Source: Chiloscyllium plagiosum
Taxonomy: Eukaryota
Assembly (NCBI RefSeq): GCF_004010195.1
Contig: NC_057719.1
Coordinates: 76,195,321 to 76,254,374, forward strand
DNA: 59,054 bases
Direction of reading: 5' to 3'
The notes under the pieces were generated by a model. The model was not told where the DNA came from. It ran no database searches and saw only the letters and a list, made by a program, of their open reading frames with translations. A program made the translations under genes and the position numbers. Within the stretch, counting starts at the first letter, position 1. Each line of letters opens with the position of its first letter. Below are positions 35,425 to 49,072 of this stretch, piece after piece.

Positions 35425-36609
35425 AGAGCCATGCTGAGCCAAGCAATAAAGAACAAAATCTATACTTAAACTGTATTTGTTTATTTCATAAGGTTGCAGC
35501 CCTTAATTACTTTGCTTAGTAGAAGAGTTTAGTTAAAAAGCTGAAGACTGTATTTTATTGCCGCTATGTTAATACATTAAATCTTGCAGGCAAAGTATCA
35601 AGATCTGTCTGACATATATCATTATTAATATGCAAATTATCCTCCACATGTAGGGCTATAAGGGATGAGGAGATTCAGTTGTGAATCTTCAAAATCTGCA
35701 GGCCAGTTTGTATTGTTCTATCATCTGCTTCATGTAAACTGCATTTCACTCTCAACCTCTCTTTATTTTTAAGAACATGCTCATTCTCCACATTATTTGT
35801 CCATTGAGTTTGCCACCGAAAGCTTGACCTCAAACCAAACAATGTACATGGCCTTTTAATAATGTGACACTTGTTATTGCAACATCAATCAATCTCTCTC
35901 ACCCAGGAAGAGTGGAAATGTTGAGCTGCATTCCTGTAGGTGGTAAATTTATCTCTGTGATTCCAAACATTTCAAGTTTTTACACTTTTTCTTACTTTTC
36001 CTCCCTGTCTCTTGTTCTTCTCTCTCTTTATCCCATCTTTTTATTTCCTTTGTTTATTTTACTTTGAATGTCTGATTTGACTTAAATACAATCTCTTTAA
36101 TGTTCCACATCTGTCTCAATCCTTGCATCTTACTGGTTAAGGAGATCAGCTTGTTAACAAATGCTCAACAAGGTCTCAAATCCTCCTTCCCTTGCTGTTA
36201 TCTGCTTGTTCTTAATGCCAGCAAGCTATTCCCCAAATTAAACTGGAGCTGAAGGATACAGGATAAAGCCTACTTAATGCTGCTTGTCACAAGATACACC
36301 ATTCTAGCAATATCTGGACCATTAATTGGTTCATTATTTGTAATACGTTTGCTTCCCGGTTTTAACTTTAAACAAGGCGTCACGGATTAAAATGAAATGC
36401 ACTGGACACACAAGATAAGCCAGCAGTAATATATAATTGACAGAGAGGATTTTCTATTTGTCACAAAATGTTATGAAAAACAAACAAGTCAAGGAGAAAC
36501 ACTTTTGAAAATATGAGGAGTTGAGACTGACCTACAACATTGATTGATGGCTGTAGGAAGTAATTTTGACTTTGTGTGAAAATATAAAATGGTTAAGGCT
36601 GTCAGACAA

Positions 36610-36765
36610 TAAGATGTAGAGGAAGAGGCAGGCCATTCAACCCATCGAGTCTGCTCCACCTTTCAGTGAGACCATGGCTGATCTGAATCCCCTCAGTTCC
36701 ACCTGCCTGGCTATTCGCTATAATCTTCAATTCTCTCACCGATTAAAAATCTGTCTATCTCAGTG
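36610..36765 (-). mobile_element. CR1 3' tail
   Basis: AGGCCATTCAACCCATCGAGTCTGCTCCACC..CATGGCTGATCT. Confidence 0.75.
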
Positions 36766-38799
36766 AGTCAGCAGCCAGCTAGATACCTCTCTCAATTTTT
36801 ATTTCGATTGACTTTAATGGAATCTTCATTACAATATTGCACAAAAGCCAAGATTGGCCCGATGAGAAATAGGGCACTAGATAGCTAATTTACTCTCATC
36901 TCTGGTTTCCTATCTCTCTCTCTCTCACTCACAACCTTGCTCATCTTGGGTTCTTTAATGATTAATTTACTCAACTTATTCCTCTGCGCTCTGTCAACTC
37001 TTCAACAACTGAGTTACTCTGTACTTTGCATCTTGACCTTTTACCTTGCCTTCTTTGATGCAGGAAAGCGAGTTATGCGAAAGCGTTGTTTAATTATTTC
37101 TGCTTGGTCCTTCACACCTTATGTACTCCATCCCTTCATTTATTGAAATTTCTGGCTTGCAAGCTGGTAAGTCTGTTTCCAGTGCCACTTAACATTACGA
37201 TTCGTGACACCTTTCAGTGAACAGCATGAGTAATATTCTCCAAAATTAGATATCCTATAAGCTACTGAGATGAATCATGTCATTTCAAATCAGTTAGAGC
37301 TGGAACTCAGTACTATAGATATGTTTTTTTTGGTTGTATAATTGATGACTCACATTATTAGCTAGTGGCCATATTAGTCTCTGAATAATGAGGCAGTTAA
37401 GATGCTCACTTCACAGTACTGCAGTCATGGGCTCTGATAGCAGCGCTCTCAGATTCACAGTTGGATCCATTGTTATGATTTACTTTGGAAAACTGTGAGC
37501 TTCTCATTTGTTAACTTGACTTACCACAGCTTTCAGGAATACAACAGGGCAGTGCCAAGAATTTGTAGCTCATCAGCCAGCAATATCTATCATCAGAAGG
37601 CGCTTGGCATTAGATAGTGGCAGATCTAATGGATCACTTGGAAGTTGCAAAGGTAGTTTCTGGGCAGAGGGCTGCTAAATTAAAAGTAGTATTGCTTCGG
37701 TACATTTCAGAGGTCTGCCTCCAATCCCTCAATTTCAACTTCGAAGAGCAGTTTGCATTTCACAAGGCATTGAGCAGTGACACTGTGCCCAGATACCAAA
37801 GGTAGCTGACTCACTACATGCTGTTCACTGACAGGCACTTTCATACCACGGATTGGAAACCAGGAGGGCAGAGCAGTACAGGTAAGAAAAACAAGTGAAG
37901 CACAGTTAAGCAGGTTAATTAAGATAGATAATAAGTGGCAAATTAAAGACTGAAATTTGATTTGAATGAGAAGTTGGAGTTAGCCTTTTTCTAGAGGGCT
38001 GGAACATAAATGTTTCACTACAGCTGTACAAAGCATTGATCAAACTCCATCCAGAATACTGCTCAACATGTTCCTATTTTCAGATTAAGTCCGAGTGAAA
38101 GAGTTTACAGGAAATAAATAATGGGAAACTAAGATTGGAAATCCCATCAGATCTTCTGGCATTCAAGCAGCAGATTGGTGGCTTTTAAGCTTTTGACTGG
38201 AATTAAGACCCAGAATTAGGAAGCTCTGGGAGCTAACAGCTACAGGCCAATCCAAGCCCAGTAGCACTGCAGGGGAGTCTGGGAAATCAAGCCCCAGGCC
38301 TGAGAATGGAGGAATGCCCAAATGACAGAGAAGTATTGTTCATGCAGGGACATATATGTTTCTGGGATTGAAAGTCGTGGGGAGAGGGGTAAGGGTGTTG
38401 GTTGCAATGGCAGATAGTGTTCACAGGGGTCACACATTATACGGTATATACAGTCCCTCAATGATGCACAAGTTAGTCAATATCCAAAGATCCACATTGC
38501 CAATGTTGAATCGAGTGGGATGACCCTTTGTCCTCCTAAATGGAGCTGAAATTATTGCAACTCGAGTGGGATGTTGCTCTTAATTTGTCATGAATTGACC
38601 ACGTAAAGTCCTCAATAGGCAGCAGGGCTGGAAGGTGGAGCTTGGGCCTACCCGTCCAAAACTTAATTCAGACAAAGGTGGCAGGTTCTGGTCCCACATG
38701 TCTCACTTCATTATTTTCACATCCTGGCCCTGGAAAAGCTACCTTGGGGCTCAAAGATTCCAACGGTGTGTGTACATGTGTGTGGCTCTGCTTATTTTA

Positions 38800-40040
38800 G
38801 CAAGGATAATTTTGGCAGGAGTACAGTATAGGTTCACCAGAGTGTTGCCAGAGATCAGAGCAACAGATAATGAGCAAAGCTTACATTATGTAGACTTGTG
38901 TTGGCTGGGATACAGCAGGTTAAGGAGTAATACGACTGAGGTTTTTATGATACTAAAAGGAATTAATTGTGTAGCCAGAGAGAGACTTCTTCTATTAATT
39001 GCAGAGTCCAGAGTCAAGAGAACTTGATCTCAGAATCAAAGCTAAGGAGAGAAGTTAGGAAAGATGTCTTTATTCAGAAACAGTAGAAAAATGTAACTCG
39101 CTGCCAGGAAAAGGAGTAGATGCTAGATCAATGCAGAATTGCAAGTCACATTGGTAAGTAAAATTTGTGCCACACAACAAAAGTGCTGGACAATGACCAT
39201 AGCCAACGAAAGAGAATCTAAACATCACCCCTTGACATTCAATGGCATTGCCATCACTGAATCCTCTACTATTAAAATCCTGGAGATTGCTATTGACAAA
39301 CAATTAAACTGAATTAGCTACTATGGCTACAAGTACAGGTCAGAAGATAAGAATTCTGCAGTAAACAACTCACCTCCTGACACCCCAAAGCATGAGCACC
39401 ATTTGCAAGACACGTATCAGGAGTGTGATGGAATACTGTCACTTGCCTGGATGAGTGCATTTCCAACAACACTCAAGAAGCTTGACACCATCCAGGACAA
39501 AACACCCGCTTGATTGCACCACATCCACAAGCATCCATTCCCTCCAGAACTTGGGTAGCAGCAGTGTGTATCATCTTCAAGGTGCCTTGAAGAAAGTCAG
39601 TAAGGCTTCCAAGACAGCACTTTTCAAATCCCCAACCACTAGAAGGACAAGCAAATAAATGGAAACACAACCACCTACAAGCTCCCTTCCAAGCCACTCA
39701 CCCATTCTGTCGTGGAAATATGATGTTATTTCTTCAATGTCACTGGGTTAAAATCCTGAAACACCTCCCGAATGGCATTGTGGGTCTATAAGCACCAAAT
39801 GAATTGCAGCAGTTCATGAAGACAGCTCCCCGCTACCTTCTGAAGGGCAATTATGGATGTGCAATAAATGTTTGCCCAGTCAGCGATGCCCACATCCTAT
39901 CAGTGAATGAAAGTAAAGTCAAGATTCTCTGGGACATGGAACCAGGGTGGATGGATAGAGTTAGGGCACAGATCACCAGCAATCTCACTGAATGGCAGAA
40001 CAGGCTCAAGGGCTGAAAGCCTCCTCTTGTTCCTATTTGT
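38800..40040 (+). mobile_element. Degraded CR1 3' fragment split by the second-family LINE
   Basis: GVQYRFTRVLP..RLRSNTTEVFMILKG; CR1 tail GAATGGCAGAACAGGCTCAAGGGCTGAA at ~39990. Confidence 0.7.
39140..39915 (+). mobile_element. CR1/L2-group LINE 3' part (second family)
   Basis: Decayed RT C-terminal frame (MTIANERESKHHPLTFNG..KILEIAIDKQLN; IRSVMEY); tail CAATTA.GGATG.GCAATAAATG..CAGCGATGCCCACATCC. Confidence 0.7.
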
Positions 40041-40119
40041 CATGTAATTAAGCTTTATAACACATCAATGTTATTTGGGAAGTCAGATTTTAAAATAGAT
40101 GGGGTTTTCATTTTAATTC

Positions 40120-40308
40120 TGTAAGGATAATGTTTTCCTTTTGTTTAAAAGGTTTGACAATCACTTCTGACCCTTGTCAAACACAGCCAGTTGTGAATAT
40201 GTTCAGTGACTGACCACCACAGTAAACAAATTGCAAAAGTAAAATTAATGTCTATCAAGCCAGGCTTCCCTGACTTGTCCAGTATTACCATCAGCTGGGA
40301 TTACATCA
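40120..40308 (+). mobile_element. Possible LTR 3' end fragment
   Basis: Ends CTGACTTGTCCAGTATTACCATCAGCTGGGATTACATCA, resembling recalled shark LTR termini; no second LTR seen. Confidence 0.35.
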
Positions 40309-41562
40309 GATGATGTTCCATTGGTGCAGTGAAGGAAGTTGTCAATATAACAACTTTACTGGTCTATGCCTGACCTAAACATTCTTATTTTTTCTAGTTA
40401 ACATTCTCAATTTCATGAGCAAAGACGTTTGCAAAGGATGAAAAATAGCACTTGTTAGATTTCAATTAGAGAAATCTAAATGCTCGGCAGGGAATGAAAA
40501 AGAAGATGACATGTTTTTCTTTCTAATGGTCAAACATAAGAAATTTCTGTAGAATTGCATGAAGGGATATAGGTAAATTGAAAGAATAGAATTACAGGTC
40601 AGATTGTCATGAGTCACAGATAACAGTATAGAACAATCAATCTGCAGTGGATATTATTGTTGCAGGTCCTGTACGCTAACTTGATCTGAATAGGACTTGT
40701 TATCAGCCCTAGGGGATTATCATAGCAGATCCGAAGCTCTCTCAGAATGATTTGCATGCTCGATCATTATTATTTACATGTGCATTTATTATTCATTACT
40801 TTTATTGTGATAACCTTTACTTACATCAAAACATGTTTAATTATGAATTCTGGTCCCATCTGATCTGTTCATGTTATGTTTCTGGTCATTTTGGTTGATT
40901 ATTGCACTGCATCCCAACATCGGTGCCACCTCCCCACAACTCACCACCAACACCCCCACCCTCCCCACTACACATGACATCGCAGAAGATGATCACACTC
41001 GCAGCTGGCAATTTGTCTCAACTGTCCACAAAGCCTCTTGGTGATAGCAGACGATCCGCACTAAAGGTTAAATAAACAAGTGTGTAGCTTACACTGGCTA
41101 AAAAGACAGATATCTCCAACAGACATGTATTCTATGTCATTCTCCTGGGCAATATTACACTGAGTTTTCAGCTTACAGATTAACTTAACAACAAAAGCAG
41201 TATTTCTTTTGTCCATTGTCCTGGAGGATTGTGCTGCTTTTTTTTTACAAATCACTTTTAGCCAACTGTCTGTGAACCATGCAATGATATATATCATACA
41301 AAATAAATTTGATTTATAACAACTCATGCTAAAGATATTTAGCGAAAACAGTGCTTAAATTGTACTTCAAAATTTATTACCAAATTACTGTTTTACTAGC
41401 CTACTGTGACCAACAACTATAATGCCTCACTGGGCAGAATAGATTAGAAATTGACCATGATTTGTTTTTGCTTTAAACTGTACAATGGGCTGAAATGCTA
41501 AATGTTATTTCTTATAAACTGCTTCACTAACATAAGTTGTGTATTTTACCTGAGAAAAACCA

Positions 41563-41875
41563 TGGTGGGCGGCATGGTGGCACAGTGGTTAGCACTGCTG
41601 CCTCACAGCGCCAGAGACCCGGGTTCAATTCCCGCCTCAGGAGTTTGGAGTGTGTGGAGTTTGCACATTCTCCCCGTGTCTGCGTGGGTTTCCTCCGGGT
41701 GCTCCGGTTTCCTCCCACAGTCCAAAGAAGTGCAGGTCAGGTGAATGGCCATGCTAAATTGCCCGTAGAGTTAGGTAAGGGGTAAATGTAGGGGTATGGG
41801 TGGGTTGCGCTTTGGCGGGTCGGTGTGGACTTGTTGGGCCGAAGGGCCTGTTTCCACACTGTAATGTAATCTAAA
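41563..41875 (+). mobile_element. HE1-type V-SINE (young)
   Basis: Very similar to 19790-20100; CpGs retained. Confidence 0.93.
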
Positions 41876-42992
41876 CTATGGTGATTTTCGAAATATTGGC
41901 ACTTCTTAAGAAAAAGTTATACATTATTCAAAATATTACGAAGTACGAAATTCACAGAGCAGAACTGATATGCTATGCCCCATTCCCAACTTAAAATAAA
42001 GGGAAGAAAATCTGATGAAAGTCCATAAGTGCCCACCCGTTTCAAAAGAAAGTGCAAGTTTCAAAGGCTATGCCAGTCTATTGTAGTGAGAATTATTCAT
42101 AAGACAAGCTGTACCATGCTCTGGAATAGCCACAGTCTCAGTTTATTCTACAATACTCCAGTTACTTGGTTCCAGCCCAGCCTCAAAAGACCTCTGGGTA
42201 ACAGATTTCCTCACAGTCTTCTCCCCCTAGTAAAATACTGTTAATGACCACGAAAGAGTCAATGGATACTGGCATGTACAAGTGAGTTGGAAATAGATTG
42301 GAATAAAACCCATATTTTAAAACAGCATCACAGATGATATATCTGGATAGTCTTACTTTCATTTTACGTACAGCAACAGAATAAATAAGTAAATGTAAAT
42401 ACAAACTAAAATCCATGTAATAGTAATCCGATTAGCGGTCATGATTCAGAAAGGAACGACTCAACCTCTTCATCTTCTTTGACAATATGGCAAATCGAGT
42501 GGATTATTGTCAATCCTACAATGTGATTCATTTTCAACATGATTCCATGTCAAAAGTCGTGGATTAAAGCAAAAGTATTGTCTATCACAAATCAACCCCA
42601 AGATTGGATATGAAACAGGCTGGAGGTTCGGAAAGATTGAATGCTCATTTAGTGCAAAGTTATTTGGGTGTGCAGACTGGGATTTAGAAATTCAAGGCAA
42701 ACTAGGTAAATTTGCAGATGAGTACTAAATGAGGAATTCACATTGGATCATTTCCAACCAGCAGACAGAGGATACTTCGATGTCATCAAATTTCAGCTAT
42801 AAACCAACTTTCTAACACACTCGCCCATGAACATCACCAAATCCTCAATATGTTTGAAATGCTCCCAGGACAAACTTGTAGGAGCAGGAGGAGGGACTAG
42901 GAGAAAGTGAGCACTGCAGATGCTGGAGATCAGAGCGGAAAAATGTGTTGCTAGAAAAGCACAGCAGGTCAGGCAGCATTCAAGGAGCAGGA

Positions 42993-43030
42993 GAATCGAC
43001 GTTTTGGGCATAAGCCCTTCTTCAGGAATG
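42993..43030 (-). ncRNA. Hammerhead-like motif, G12 changed to A
   Basis: CTGAAGA-A-GGGC-TTAT-GCCC-AAAAC-GTC. Confidence 0.5.
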
Positions 43031-44291
43031 AGGGAGGTGTGCCAAGCAGGCTAAGATAAAAGGTAGGGAGGAGGGATTTGGGGGAGGGGAGTTGGGAATA
43101 TGACAGGTGGAAGGAGGTTAAGGTGAGGGTGATAGGCCGGAGAGGGGGTGGAGACGGAGAGGTCAGGAAGAAGATTGCAGGTCGAGAAGGCAGTGCTGAG
43201 TCTGAGGGTTGGGACTGAGATAAGGTGGGGGGAGGGGAAATGAGGAAGCTGGAGAAATCTNNNNNNNNNNNNNNNNNNNNNNNNNNNNNNNNNNNNNNNN
43301 NNNNCCTTGGAGGGAAGTGAGGGGGGAGGTGTGGGCACAAGTTTGCATTTCTTGCGGTTGCAGGGGAAGGTGTCGGGAGTGGAGGTTGGGTTGGTGGGCC
43401 GTGTGGATCTGACGAGGGAGTCGCGGAGGGAGTGGTCTTTCCGGAACGCTGATAGGGGAGTGGAGGGAAATATATCCTTAGTGGTGGGGTCTGTTTGGAG
43501 GTGGCGGAAATGACAAAGATGATATGATGTATCTGGAAATTGGTGGGGTGGTAGGTGAGGACCTGTGGTGTTCTGTCCTGGTGGCGATTGGAGGGGCGGG
43601 GTTCAAGGACGGAGGAGCGGGAAGTGGAGGAGACGCGGTGGAGAGCATCGTCCACCACGTCTGAGGGGAAATTGCGGTCTTTGAAGAAGGAGGCCATCTG
43701 GGTTGTTCGGTATTGGAATTGGTCCTCCTGGGAGCAGATGCGGCGGAGGCGAAGGAACTGGGAATATGGGATGGTGTTTTTACAGGGGGCAGGGTGGGAG
43801 GAGGTGTACTCTTGGTAGCTGTGGGAGTCAGTCAGTTTATAGTAAATGTACACCCGGACCAACCAACCCAACCGTACCGTGGCTGAATACTTTAACTCCC
43901 CCTCCCACTCTGCCAAGGACATGCAGNNNNNNNNNNNNNNNNNNNNNNNNNNNNNNNNNNNNNNNNNNNNNNNNNNNNNNNNNNNNNNNNNNNNNNNNNN
44001 NNNNNNNNNNNNNNNNNNNNNNNNNNNNNNNNNNNNNNNNNNNNNNNNNNNNNATGAATGCAGATTTCTCCAGCTTCCTCATTTCCCCTCCCCCCACCTT
44101 ATCTCAGTCCCAACCATCGGACTCAGCACTGCCTTCTCGATCTGCAATCTTCTTCCTGACCTCTCCGCCCCCATCCCCTCTCCGGCCTATCACTCTCACC
44201 TTAACCTCCTTCCACCTATCGCATTCCCAATGCCCCTCCCCGAAGTCCCTCCTCCCTACCTTTTATCTTAGCCTGCTTGGCACACCCTTCT

Positions 44292-44330
44292 CATTCCTGA
44301 AGAAGGGCTTATGCCCAAAACATCGATTCT
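44292..44330 (+). ncRNA. Hammerhead-like motif, G12 changed to A
   Basis: CTGAAGA-A-GGGC-TTAT-GCCC-AAAAC-ATC. Confidence 0.5.
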
Positions 44331-47300
44331 CCTGCTCCTTGGATGCTGCCTGACCTGCTGCGCTTTTCCAGCAACACATTTTTCAGGAGGAGGGACACCT
44401 GCTGGGAAACATACCTGGCTCAAAACCATGGTCCGCATCAGTGCTGGAGTTAAAACAGCAGTGCTGATTCACCTTTTACAGTCTTTCCTTTTTGAAAGAT
44501 CCTATTTCAGGCATTAGCATCATCATCTTTCTAATGCCCTGTCCAAGTGGCTACTTTTCATATCTGAATGCCTCATTGTTGAGCGATCACAAGTTGAGCT
44601 TAATTCTACCTGCACCTTTCAGCAGAATATTAGAAATTCAAATGCTCTCTAGTTCTTTCCCTGCTTATCCCAGGGCATTGAAATCACTTGCAATATCTAT
44701 CCAATGAAGTAGCTGATGCTAACTAATAAAAAAAATTAGTTATATTTGTTCAAAATTTAAATTTATTTTCACAAATATATAATATACCATTCCATTAAAT
44801 ATAGCATCATTATCACTATTGATAACAAGAAATAGTTTGTATTCAAAGCTTATTGTTAAATCTGTTTATAAACAAGACACAAATAACTAATGGTTCAGTC
44901 AAGGTCACAACGTTTCACACCGAAATCCTTTGTTTTATATTACCATAAGCAATCATACACGTTTTAGGAGTAGGTGCTATAAGAATATAGATCTACTTAG
45001 AATGATGTATCAATCCACATTTGTTGTCTATTGACAGTTTTGTAATTGTTTCATTAGATCTGCCTGAACCTTTGATGTACAATGGATCAGTGGTGCCACT
45101 GAATTTTCTGGTGCTCAAGAAGAGCTTATCGAGTCTCGAGAGTAGGCTTCAATCCCTACCTGAATGTTGGGATCTTTGAGCACTTCCAATGTGATACCAA
45201 ACAAAAGATCAAGCCAACACAAACTAGAACTGACTTTGAGTAGAATGCTATTTGTCTTGTATCACCTACAAACATTACAAAGCCTGGCATTTTGCAGGAT
45301 ATACTAAAAATGTCTCATTAGTTTACAGCACTTTTATTAGCTGAAAAATAAAATCATCTCCAAAATATGTTAAGAGAATAAAACCTTCAGCAGATAATGT
45401 GGGCAAATTATATATAATTTGCGAGCTGAGTGTCTTAACTAAACCCACTTCTGGACTACAGTTAAATTGGGACTATTTCTGAGGCAGCATATTATAAACA
45501 GTCATCAGATTATTAATCATTACACAGGTTCATAACTCATGGTGTCCTCTAATTATTCTACCCTATTTTCCCTCCATTACCCTCTGCTGTTCCACTGATT
45601 GACCGATTATGCAGTAAAATATTTAGTGAGCATAAACATTAAAAATATTGCTACAGTCGGTATATTGCAGGGATCTGAATTACCTGGGCTACAGTGAGAT
45701 TTGTCGCAGAATCACATGAGGAGGCTCACCTCAATATCAGCAACAACTCAACTGCACTTTTTATATAAGTTGCCAAGAAACAGGGTTATAGATCATTAAA
45801 CCACCTTATTAACAGCACATCTCATCTTATTAATATGCAGTTTCACAAATTCACTGAACAAACCAGACATCATTTCAGAATCCTCGAAATGGAAGTCAGA
45901 GCACACACGCCCGGCGGCGAGGAGTGCTCTGAATAAAAAAACCCATCTCACCCATGACCATGAGTCAGTCATACCACTCGCCCTTGGACATTGGCATCTT
46001 AATATTTACCAGCCCTTCAGGATCTTCATGCCACCTCTCCGATTCATTTGTAGAATGTTAAGGAAGCACAGATCTGCATCTCAGGGCTGTTCGCTTGCTC
46101 TGTTAGTACTCACTCACTTAGTACCTACCTGCATGCTGGGAGCATCCATGCCATGCCTTGCTCTGTCATGCCTCTTAGTCTGTTAGCCCTTCAAACTATA
46201 GCCTAAAGGCCATCAGTACTGCCACACAGCCTGTCAATCTTGCCAGTAGAGGTCTTGCCATATAGCACACCACGACAACAATCATGCACTTGCAGCACGT
46301 GCCAGGTGCCCGCGTGGCAAAGGCAATCCATGTTTATTGAACCAAATGGCCACATTAGCATGTGGATGGAGGCTAGTCCTCAATCCAGTCACATTCAGTA
46401 TATCGGGGTTCCCCAGGCACGCAATGCCCCCAGGATCACCCAACTAAAACTCCAAGACGAAAGGGCTCCACTGAACAATGGGCTCCCTCTGCAGAACCCA
46501 GGTTCTGCAACAAGACACAGAGGGAGGACACGAAAGAAATAGACTTTCTGCAGGCAGATATGTGCCACGTGTGAAACATTATTTAAATATGTTCACACGT
46601 CAGTAAATATATGCTCACTTTTCATCATCAGCTGTGTCAGTGAGTGTCTATCATAGCCCAAGGTACAACATTAAAGGTATAGAGCCCAGTCAGCACACAG
46701 GTTTTATGTGAGTTCCAAATGAGGTTCCAGGCTGCAAGATGGGAGATGAGCAGGTTCTGGGAACTTGGAAGGTGATTGCGAATCTTTGCAGGCCACAAAA
46801 TGTCTTTACACCTTACAGCCAATATCAGGTTAGGCTTGTAAGGTAGTCAAGAGAGCATGGAGCAAGGATTTGGCCTGCACACAGGAGGTTCATGCCTAGG
46901 ATTCACACAGCATGTAGTGGCAGTAGGTATCTTTCCCCTGGACTGTCGAGGTATCTGTGTAACACACTTTGAAGGGCCTCCCATTATTTAAAATTGAAAC
47001 TCCCTTCCTCACAGAATGAAACATTTGCTCTATCCACTCCAGATGTAGTGACAGCCATTTCCAGCTCTATTGCGCACTTGGACAATGGATGGAAACAGCG
47101 GTCACTCCTCAAAGCAGCAAGAGTCAGGCTCAACCTCTTACTGCTGGTGAACCCTCAAACGTCTACAGTTCCTTCTCGATATCCCCCCGCCCCCACCCCA
47201 TGTTAATCCCATCTGGCTTGAGCTTCCACAGGTCCCTACAAAATCTATCTATTTAATTCTTCGTCCCCACACTTTACCTCCATCCCTACACCAGCCCCAG

Positions 47301-47747
47301 GCAAATCGAATAAACATGAATGTATGGTAGTCACTATCTCCTGATGAAGCCAGGTTGCTATTGAGATTCTCCTCCAACATTACCACTTCCCTTTTAATGT
47401 TCTATCATCTCTCTCCCCCCACCCCCTTATGTATATTAAGATTCTTCCTTGGTCATTCTAATCCAGCATTCTGCCTCCAATGCCCACACTGACATTTCCC
47501 AGGTTCCCTACCAAAGCACTGGTGCCCCTTTGACTTTTAGTGGATAGACTGACCATAGCCACCTCCCTGAGCGACCTAAGCAGCCCCAAAAGGTAAGTGA
47601 ACAGACCCCTGCTTGATGCCTAACTTCCCGCGACTCCCAGAACTGGTTGCATTGGACCCCCCAGGACGGACCCATTCTCCAAAATGCAAAGATACTGAGC
47701 CCCTTACTATGGCATTGCTGGGTGACTGACTGATGTTTGACAAGGTT

Positions 47748-47770
47748 GGGGGGGGGGGGGGGGGGGGGGG
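47748..47770 (+). repeat. G23 homopolymer
   Basis: Direct reading. Confidence 0.9.
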
Positions 47771-48112
47771 CGGTGGCGGCATGCTGGCTCACTGGTCAGC
47801 ACTGCTGGCTCACAGCACCAGGCACTCGGGTTTAATTCCAGGCTCAGGAGTTTGCACATTCTCCCTGTGTCTGGGCGAGTTTCCTTTGAATGCTCTGATT
47901 TCATCTCACAGTCCAAAGCTGTGCAGGTGAGGCAGATTGGCCATGCTAAATTGCCCATAGTGTCCAGGGACCTGCAGGTTAGGTGGATTCGCCAGGAAAT
48001 ACAGGGTTATGGGGATAGGGTAGAGGGGTGACTCTGGATGGTATGCACTTTGGAGGGTTGGTGTGAAGTTTTTGGGCTGAATGGCCCTAATTCCACACTG
48101 TAAGGATTCTAT
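47768..48112 (+). mobile_element. HE1-type V-SINE
   Basis: tRNA head, V-domain, tail. Confidence 0.85.
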
Positions 48113-48756
48113 TCAGCTCCATGCATGGAGGCAGAACTCATTTTTCAAGTGATGTAAACTACAAAGGAAACAGGTTCAAGAGGTGCCTGTTTGTGGGCTG
48201 GATGCCTCATTATTTATTTATAGAAGACCTTTGCATTCGGCTTATTTCAAAAGCTGGCGGTTTTGTCACCTGTTTTGTTGAGATTTGTTTAAGTATAAAA
48301 TGCTCTATTTCCCATAGAACAAACCAAGAAAATAATGACACGTTCATCGTGTAGGAAAGAGCACCCAGCAAAATAATTGAGTTGCGGATTTTATGAACTG
48401 ACCCTGGTTCGGTCGCATTCCAGTTTTTATCTCCAGCTGTGAATGGTCAATATCCCTTAATCCAATTCACCTAGATTGCATGAACTATATTTTTAGGACT
48501 AAACAAAAGTATATCCAGATGGACGTGAAGAAGTACTTGAAGAGTAATTGGGATTTTTTAGGAATCTGCAGTTAATTGAATTAGTATCCAAGTGAGTACA
48601 TGAATGGGAATATCCTGTTTCAGGCCTCTGGGGTAATCTAACACTTATCTCAAATATACAAACAATCCAATGCACATCTCTGTACATTAGCCTTAAAGTT
48701 GATGTCAGTGGTATTAATGGCTGTATGTTTAGCATATTCAATTGTGACTCCTTTAG

Positions 48757-49072
48757 CTAGATTAGATTCCCTACAGTGTGGAAACAGGCCCTTCAGCCCA
48801 ACCAGTCCACACCGACCCTCCAAAGAGAAATCCACCCAGACCCATTTCCTTCTGACTAATGCACCTAACACTATGGGCAGTTTAGCGTGGCCAATTCACC
48901 TAACCTGCACATCTTGTAGATTGTGAGAGGAAACCGGAGAACCCGGAGGAAACCCATGCAGACACGGGGAGAATGTGCAAACTCCGCACAGACAGATGCC
49001 TGAGGCTGGAATCAAACCTGGGTCCCTGGTGCTGTGAGGCAACAGTGCTAACCACTGAGCCACCGTGCTGCC
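48757..49072 (-). mobile_element. HE1-type V-SINE
   Basis: tRNA head, V-domain, AATCT tail. Confidence 0.9.

Larger units (their letters stand above)
42898..44383. mobile_element. Penelope-like retroelement with inverted arms and 13-bp TSD
   Basis: Minus arm encodes IYYKLTDSHSY.EYTSSHP..CKNTIPYSQFLRLRRICS (Penelope RT C-terminal region); plus arm from ~43843 encodes VAEYFNSPSHSAKDMQ and repeats the 3' UTR; CAGGAGGAGGGAC at 42885-42897 and 44384-44396. Confidence 0.92.

Noticed and set aside
42969..44353. 317-aa and 216-aa ORFs as genes
   Set aside because: Penelope fragments read through inversion junctions, frameshifts and N gaps
47508..47958. Proline/glycine-rich ORFs
   Set aside because: Produced by the G23 run and the adjacent HE1; homopolymer length may also be a sequencing artefact
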